Shown here piece after piece: positions 37,733-43,146 of a stretch of DNA of 43,146 bases; position 1 is the stretch's first letter; the number at the start of each line of letters is the position of its first letter. The notes under the pieces were generated by a model. That model had not been told where the DNA came from and searched no databases. It was given only the letters and a program-made list of their open reading frames with translations. A program made the position numbers and the translations under genes. Source of the stretch: Campylobacteraceae bacterium (GTDB lineage: Bacteria; Campylobacterota; Campylobacteria; Campylobacterales; Sulfurovaceae); assembly GCA_026982175.1 (NCBI GenBank), contig JALSHP010000357.1, forward strand, positions 1 to 43,146. The letters run 5' to 3'.

Positions 37733-38686
37733 ATGACCATTAAAGAAGCAATACTAAAATCATTAGAAGATAAAAAGAGTTTAATGACGCATTGGGATAT
37801 ACTTAAAGATATTCAAAAAAATAATTATTATGATTTTACTAGTGCAAAAACACCTGAATCAACTATATCTGCTCAATTAGGCGATTTTATTAGAAAGGAT
37901 GATAGTAGAATTAGTAGACTAAAAAGAGAAAAAAACTCTTATGGATACTATTTGACTAAGTATAAAGATGAACTCACTTTAAATAATAATAGTGAATATA
38001 CCAAAACCATAGTAACCAATAACTACTATGAGCGTGATTTACATCCTCTTTTATCCTCTTATTTAAACTCTAAAAATATATTTGCTAAAACTATTTTTCA
38101 TGAAGCGTCGAACAGAAAAGATAGTAATCAAAAATGGATACATCCAGATATGATAGGCATTGAGTTTCTATCACTTAAAACAGAAGTAACTCAACAGTTT
38201 CTTAAAGCACTCAATATTACCGATACTTTTAAAATGACCTCATATGAATTAAAAAGAGAGATACAGACAGACCATGAGTTAAAAAAGAGCTATTTCCAAG
38301 CTGTATCAAATTCAAGTTGGGCAAATTATGGTTATTTGGTTGCTTTTGAAATAGAGCGTTCTTTATTTGAAGAGATGGAAAGACTCAATCAATCATTTGG
38401 AATTGGTATTATTGAATTAAAAGCCAACCCTTTTGAGAGTAAAATACTTTTCCCATCAAAATATAGAGAGCTTGATTTTAAGACCATTGATAAGCTTTCA
38501 AATTTAAATAATGATTTTAAAAAATTTATTGCTTATATTGAAGAGATTATTACCTCAAAAGGAAAAAATCATAAACGTGCTAAAAAAGAGTTTGAGCTTG
38601 ACTTCTGTGATAAATCTTTAGACAATGATACAGAGATAGAGGTCTATTGTAAAGAGAAAAATATTCCTTTTAATAATGATGATTAA
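37733..38686 (+). CDS. HrgA-like (COG2958) protein: N-terminal winged HTH plus restriction-endonuclease-like domain
   Basis: MTIKEAILK...TPESTISAQL; YERDLHPLL; KTIFHE; KWIHPDMIG; YELKRE; YFQAVSNSSWANYGYLV. Confidence 0.8.
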   Translation: MTIKEAILKSLEDKKSLMTHWDILKDIQKNNYYDFTSAKTPESTISAQLGDFIRKDDSRISRLKREKNSYGYYLTKYKDELTLNNNSEYTKTIVTNNYYERDLHPLLSSYLNSKNIFAKTIFHEASNRKDSNQKWIHPDMIGIEFLSLKTEVTQQFLKALNITDTFKMTSYELKREIQTDHELKKSYFQAVSNSSWANYGYLVAFEIERSLFEEMERLNQSFGIGIIELKANPFESKILFPSKYRELDFKTIDKLSNLNNDFKKFIAYIEEIITSKGKNHKRAKKEFELDFCDKSLDNDTEIEVYCKEKNIPFNNDD

Positions 38687-38697
38687 TATAAAACCAC

Positions 38698-38848
38698 CCG
38701 TAGGTCGGGTTGCCCTCATCCCGACACAAGCCCAATCAACCAATAAATTTAATCGTTCAAATAAAAATCAATATGCCAATATTTTTGATTTTATTGAAGC
38801 TTTTTATTTTGCCGATTTCTGTCGGGATGGGGGCAACCCGACCTACGG
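38698..38848. repeat. GTAG-type REP doublet (REPIN/MITE-like, 151 bp), family B
   Basis: CCGTAGGTCGGGTTGCCCTCATCCCGACA (38698-38726) and an inverted copy at 38820-38848, 28/29 match; the AT-rich spacer is also partly self-complementary. Confidence 0.88.
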
Positions 38849-38941
38849 ATTTCTTTTAAATCCAAAACATTACAATTTGACATATTTGTCACAAAAATTA
38901 TTTTTTAATGTTAAAATAGTGAAAAAATATAGGAATACTCA

Positions 38942-40036
38942 ATGTCAATAGAAAAAAATAATTTTAATACCTTAGTAAACCAAATAGATACAGTGCATCA
39001 AACGCTCCAAGCTAAAAGCGTACAAACTGTTAGCAGGTCGCTTACTTTGCGTAATTGGATTATTGGTCATTATATTGTTGAGTATGAACAAAATGGAGAG
39101 GATAGAGCTAAGTATGGGGCTAAAATTATCAATAGTTTATCCATTAATTTAAATCATATAAAAGGAATGTCTGCAACAAATTTAAAACTTTTTAGACAAT
39201 TTTATATAACCTATCCACAAATTGGTCAGACAGTGTCTGACCAATTCAAATTAAAAGATTTAACTCGTCAAAAAATGGTATCTATGCAAAATTTTAAAAT
39301 ACCACCCAAACAGCTTTTAAACGCTTGTTCTTTTAGTCATTTTATAGAGTTTTTAAAGATAGATGACCCATTGAAAAAGCTCTTTTATGAAGTTGAAACC
39401 ATTAAAGGAAATTGGAGTGTTAGAGAGTTGAAGAGACAGATAAACTCTGCTATTTATGAACGAATTGGATTGTCTCAAGATAAAGATAAGATGATTAAAT
39501 CTATTCAAAACTCTAGTGAAATGCTTTTGGCTGAACAGATTATAAAAGACCCTTATATTTTAGAGTTTACAGGTTTAGAAAGTAAAGTTAACTATAGTGA
39601 ACATGACCTTGAAGAGGCACTTTTAAATCATCTTCAAGACTTTTTATTGGAACTTGGAAATGGCTTCTGTTTTGAAGCTAGACAGAAGAGAATTTCCATT
39701 GAGAATGAACATGATAGGGTTGATTTGGTCTTCTACCATCGTATCTTAAAATGTCATATTCTCATAGATTTAAAAATAAGAGAGTTTTCTTATGCTGATG
39801 TTGGACAGATGAATTTTTATTTAAATTATTATAAAAATGAGATAAGTCAAACGACAGATAATCCACCTATAGGACTAATTTTATGTGCAAATAAAAATGA
39901 AACAAAAGTTGAATATGCCACAGCAGGATTAGATCAACAACTTTTTGTTTCTAAATATAAGATTAATCTACCTTCAGTAGAAGAGATTGAAGCGTTAATT
40001 GTTGATGAGATGAACAGTTTAAAAGAGAAAAAATAA
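38942..40036 (+). CDS. DUF1016 / YhcG-family PD-(D/E)XK nuclease domain protein
   Basis: RNWIIGHYIVEYEQNGEDRAKYG, WSVRELKRQI, KDPYILEF, FLLELGNGFCFEARQKR, DLVFYHRILKC..LIDLK, GQMNFY, DNPPIGLILC. Confidence 0.93.
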   Translation: MSIEKNNFNTLVNQIDTVHQTLQAKSVQTVSRSLTLRNWIIGHYIVEYEQNGEDRAKYGAKIINSLSINLNHIKGMSATNLKLFRQFYITYPQIGQTVSDQFKLKDLTRQKMVSMQNFKIPPKQLLNACSFSHFIEFLKIDDPLKKLFYEVETIKGNWSVRELKRQINSAIYERIGLSQDKDKMIKSIQNSSEMLLAEQIIKDPYILEFTGLESKVNYSEHDLEEALLNHLQDFLLELGNGFCFEARQKRISIENEHDRVDLVFYHRILKCHILIDLKIREFSYADVGQMNFYLNYYKNEISQTTDNPPIGLILCANKNETKVEYATAGLDQQLFVSKYKINLPSVEEIEALIVDEMNSLKEKK

Positions 40037-40054
40037 TCAGAAAAAAGGAAAAAA

Positions 40055-41041
40055 TTGAAATTCAGCACATACATGAACAACTGGCTCTACGGAGATAACG
40101 GCTACTATAAAACATTTAAAGCCATAGGTAAAGAGGGGGACTTCTACACGGCTGTGAGTACCAGCTCTTTTTTTGGGGCGAGTATTGCGAACCATTTTTA
40201 CAAGCTTATGCAAGAAGAGGCATTTAAAAAAGATGGGTGGCTTATTGAGATTGGGGCACATAAAGGGTACTTGTTGTGTGATATGATTCAATGGCTTTAT
40301 ACACTTGACCCTACATTGGTAAAAACGCTTAAATTTGGGATTGTTGAGCGTCAGACTGATGTTCAGCAGGAGCAACTTCGCTACATTGAAGAGCGATTTG
40401 GTTCAGATATTGAGATTACGCATTTTAATGATATTGATGAGGTGGAAGTGGATTATGCTTTTGTGGTTGCCAATGAGATATTTGACGCTTTTCCTTGTAA
40501 TTTGATTAAAGATGGGGAAGAGGCTTTTGTGGTAAACCATGTAGTGGAGTGGCAAAAAGCAGATGAAAAAATTTTAGAATTTGCCTCTAAACATCGACAA
40601 GTTAAAGGGGAAGTAGCAGTTGGCTATGAAGATTTTGCTTTAAATATGGCAAAGGGTATTAAACGATGTGATTTTGTCTCTTTTGATTATGGAGAACGCT
40701 TTGTAAGAAATGATTTCTCTATTCGTGTTTATGAAAAGCATAAAACCTATCCACTTTTTGATGAAGAGTGTAAATTAGATGAGCTTTACCAAAAAGCAGA
40801 TATTACTTACGATGTCAATTTTGGACATGTGATTGAAGCTTTTGAAGAGGTAGGGTTTAGCCTTGATAAGTACGAAACACAGGCTAGGGCATTGGTTCGT
40901 TTTGGCTTGATTGATATATTAGAACAGTTTGCTAAACAAGCGACACAGGCGAATTATGTGCGTGAAGCAGATAAAATTAAGACGCTTATTGCTCCTACCA
41001 TTATGGGAGATAAGTTTAAAATGGTACACTTCAAGAAATAG
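40055..41041 (+). CDS. SAM-dependent methyltransferase, MidA/NDUFAF7 family
   Basis: FSTYMNNWLY..GYY, IGKEGDFYTAVS, EIGAHKG, ANEIFDAFP, FDYG, DITYDVNF. Confidence 0.88.
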   Translation: MKFSTYMNNWLYGDNGYYKTFKAIGKEGDFYTAVSTSSFFGASIANHFYKLMQEEAFKKDGWLIEIGAHKGYLLCDMIQWLYTLDPTLVKTLKFGIVERQTDVQQEQLRYIEERFGSDIEITHFNDIDEVEVDYAFVVANEIFDAFPCNLIKDGEEAFVVNHVVEWQKADEKILEFASKHRQVKGEVAVGYEDFALNMAKGIKRCDFVSFDYGERFVRNDFSIRVYEKHKTYPLFDEECKLDELYQKADITYDVNFGHVIEAFEEVGFSLDKYETQARALVRFGLIDILEQFAKQATQANYVREADKIKTLIAPTIMGDKFKMVHFKK

Positions 41042-41055
41042 TTTTAGGAATCAAA

Positions 41056-41970
41056 ATGTCCCCACAAAAAAGAGCCACAATAGTAGCGTCAATCGTTGCT
41101 ATTTCGCTAACAGTTTTAAAGTTCGTCATAGGAATAGCTTCTGGCTCTGTGGCTGTTTTGGCTTCAGCCATTGACTCATTGCTTGACACACTCATCTCTG
41201 TTTTTAATTTCTTTGCCATTAAAAAATCTGAAGAGAAAGCGACCAATGAGTTTCAGTATGGAAAAGGCAAAGTTCAAGCCATTGCAGCAGTGATTGAAGG
41301 GACGATTATCACGCTCTCAGGTTTTTACATCATTTATGAAGCGATTCAAAAAGCCATACATGGAACGCAAACTACTTTACTGACTCCTGCTATTTGGGTG
41401 ATGATAATTTCTATTATTGTTACGTTTATTTTGGTAAAATATCTGTTATCAGTAGCCAAAGCAACCGATAATCTGGTCATTAAGTCCGATGCTTTACATT
41501 ACCAAACAGACCTTTGGGCAAATGCTGCGGTACTTTTGGCATTGGGGATTGTCTATTTCACTGGCTTAGAGATTGTCGATGCCCTTTTTGGTTTTGCCAT
41601 TGGGATTTACATTATCTACTCTGCTTATGAAATCATTGTAGAGGGAATAGAAATTTTGTTAGATAAAGCCTTAGATGAGGAGATTATTGAAAAAATCCAT
41701 GAAATTTTAGAGAGTGATAAGGAGATAACCTCTTACCACTGGCTCAAAACTAGAACGGATGGAACGGTTAATTTTGTGGAGTTTCATTTGGTTTTTCACC
41801 CTAAGATGTACCTCATAGATGCCCATAGAATTTCAGATCATTTAGAAGATAAAATTAGACAACTTGACTGTAAAAAAGGGTGGCTCATTACCCCTCACTA
41901 TGACCCCTATAATGATGTCTATACCAATGATGAATATTTAGAAGCTTCACAAAGATTATGTCAAAACTAA
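41056..41970 (+). CDS. fieF: Cation diffusion facilitator (FieF/YiiP-like)
   Basis: GSVAVLASAIDSLLD, YGKGK, SDALHYQTD, KTR...FVEFHL, AHRISD. Confidence 0.88.
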   Translation: MSPQKRATIVASIVAISLTVLKFVIGIASGSVAVLASAIDSLLDTLISVFNFFAIKKSEEKATNEFQYGKGKVQAIAAVIEGTIITLSGFYIIYEAIQKAIHGTQTTLLTPAIWVMIISIIVTFILVKYLLSVAKATDNLVIKSDALHYQTDLWANAAVLLALGIVYFTGLEIVDALFGFAIGIYIIYSAYEIIVEGIEILLDKALDEEIIEKIHEILESDKEITSYHWLKTRTDGTVNFVEFHLVFHPKMYLIDAHRISDHLEDKIRQLDCKKGWLITPHYDPYNDVYTNDEYLEASQRLCQN

Positions 41971-42602
41971 TCTACCTCTTATCTCCTCTTAAAAAAGAGG
42001 GGACGATTTCTCTTCCGATGATTTCATTCTCTTTGTTAACGAATAAGATAGATTTTTCTGTTTGTGATACGTTGATGTTCACCTCGAAACAAGCAGTTGT
42101 GTCAGCCAATAGCATAGATAAAAACTGGAAAAAGTTTCCTTGTGTTGCCATAGGTTCTGCAACGAAAAAAAAGATAGAAAAGCTAGGGGGAAAAGTTATT
42201 TACGCTCCTCAAAAATTTTATGGAGAAGTTCTAGCTAAAGATATTTTGAATAATTTTACAGATAAAAAACTGCTCTATCTTAGACCTAAAGAGGTTTCGT
42301 TTGATAGTAAAGCGTATTTGGCAAAAAATGGCATAAACTTAGAAGAGCAGATTATCTATGAAACTTCTTGTGTGCAATATGCCTTAGAAGAGAAACCAAA
42401 AGAGAATGCCATTATTATTTTTACTTCTCCTTCAACTATTAACTGTTTTTTTAAAAATTTTGAGTGGCATAAAAGTTATATTGCCATCTTAATTGGTCAT
42501 GTTACAAAAGAACATTTACCTAAAGTGTGTCGATATGTAATAGCTGATGAGCCATTAATTGATGCTTGTATTAAAAAAGCAAAAGAAGTGAAAATAAGAT
42601 AA
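41958..42602 (+). CDS. hemD: Uroporphyrinogen-III synthase
   Basis: LMFTSKQAV, AIGSAT, IIYET, IFTSPST, IGHVT. Confidence 0.9.
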   Translation: MSKLIYLLSPLKKEGTISLPMISFSLLTNKIDFSVCDTLMFTSKQAVVSANSIDKNWKKFPCVAIGSATKKKIEKLGGKVIYAPQKFYGEVLAKDILNNFTDKKLLYLRPKEVSFDSKAYLAKNGINLEEQIIYETSCVQYALEEKPKENAIIIFTSPSTINCFFKNFEWHKSYIAILIGHVTKEHLPKVCRYVIADEPLIDACIKKAKEVKIR

Positions 42603-42609
42603 AAAAATA

Positions 42610-42638
42610 GTGACATTTCGTCTAAAAAGTGCTATAAT
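42610..42638 (+). promoter_or_regulatory. Sigma70-type promoter of the ncRNA
   Basis: GTGACA-17 bp-TATAAT with extended TGn (TGCTATAAT). Confidence 0.8.
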
Positions 42639-42645
42639 TTTCTTC

Positions 42646-42835
42646 ACCTGAATGGTTCGACTACTGTTATTTTGTGGTCCAACATTATCTTTTGAGGGAC
42701 ATGTAGTTTGTTGGTGTGTGGGTGTCGTCGTTTGAGCTTAGCTTAGTCTGGCGAGAAGATGCCCCCTAAAAACAGCTCTCTCCTTCACCGTTGGCTTTTT
42801 AGGGCCGACCTTTTACAGAACGGCTGTTCGGGGTT
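42646..42835 (+). ncRNA. ssrS: 6S RNA
   Basis: About 190 nt, relatively GC-rich and non-coding, behind a strong promoter. 5' CCTGAATGGTT pairs with 3' GGCTGTTCGGG, followed by T7. It lies upstream of purD, the known 6S position in Helicobacter/Campylobacter. Confidence 0.78.
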
Positions 42836-42850
42836 TTTTTATTAATGCTG

Positions 42851-42922
42851 TCTTCAGCAGACGGCTCACGCTATCGCTATTTACATTCAATATTTTCTTC
42901 AGCAGACGGCTCATGCTATTGC
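42851..42922. repeat. Two-copy direct repeat (27 nt, 45-bp period)
   Basis: TCTTCAGCAGACGGCTCACGCTATCGC (42851-42877) and TCTTCAGCAGACGGCTCATGCTATTGC (42896-42922), 25/27 identical. Confidence 0.8.
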
Positions 42923-43023
42923 ATTTCTATTTAAATTCTCCCTATACTCTTATATTTTTCTATTTACTCCTTTCAAATAATCAATAGTGTATAATGTCCA
43001 CAATTTTTATTGTGGAGATGTAT

Positions 43024-43146
43024 GTGAATGTATTAATTATTGGTGCTGGTGGACGAGAGTACTCTATTGGAATGGCACTTCAAAAAGATGAGAAAGTAGA
43101 TGCACTCTATTTCGCACCAGGGAATGGGGCGACAGATGAGTTGGGG
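43024..43146 (+). CDS. purD: Phosphoribosylamine-glycine ligase, 5' fragment (absent from the ORF track)
   Basis: GTG start 6 nt after GGAG; MNVLIIGAGGREYSIG...LYFAPGNGAT; runs off the window. Confidence 0.93.
   Translation, partial: MNVLIIGAGGREYSIGMALQKDEKVDALYFAPGNGATDELG

Noticed and set aside
38676-38951. 91-aa ORF between the HrgA-like and DUF1016 genes
   Set aside because: It is a translation through the REPIN, with no RBS or family motif.
2647-41246. Short antisense or alternate-frame ORFs in the track (e.g. 13296..13781, 16198..16521, 32378..32941, 40037..40375)
   Set aside because: They are shadows of well-supported genes and have no recognisable motifs.
42851-42922. Mini CRISPR array
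   Set aside because: Only two copies, an 18-nt spacer that is itself partly repeated, and no cas genes.

Overview
This is an AT-rich chromosomal window from a Campylobacterota (epsilonproteobacterial) bacterium. The gene orders truA-lptF-prepilin peptidase-uppS-coaBC-glmU, pheS-pheT-aroA-ispH-rpsA-serA and 6S RNA-purD fit that phylum; a Sulfurovum-like chemolithoautotroph is my inference. Most of the window is housekeeping. Notable parts: (1) two tandem Aquificae/Nitrospirae-type 2-oxoacid:ferredoxin oxidoreductase sets (D-A-B-G-E-D-A-B-G) with only one epsilon/ferredoxin gene between them, a highly structured spacer, and a downstream CobW/COG0523 GTPase; (2) an EptA - membrane-anchored Cys-phosphatase - EptA cassette; (3) a TolC-MFP-RND operon whose AcrB-type pump is split in frame by one TAG, with a His/Cys-rich tail and a 26-bp palindrome upstream; (4) a ~3-kb accessory islet with ccdAB, an HrgA-like gene and a DUF1016 nuclease; (5) three unrelated REP/REPIN-like palindromic doublets, one lying in frame inside coaBC and one supplying a stop codon; (6) a probable 6S RNA followed by a two-copy direct repeat. 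I saw no tRNA, rRNA, CRISPR array or transposase. All product calls come from motif recognition, without database searches.
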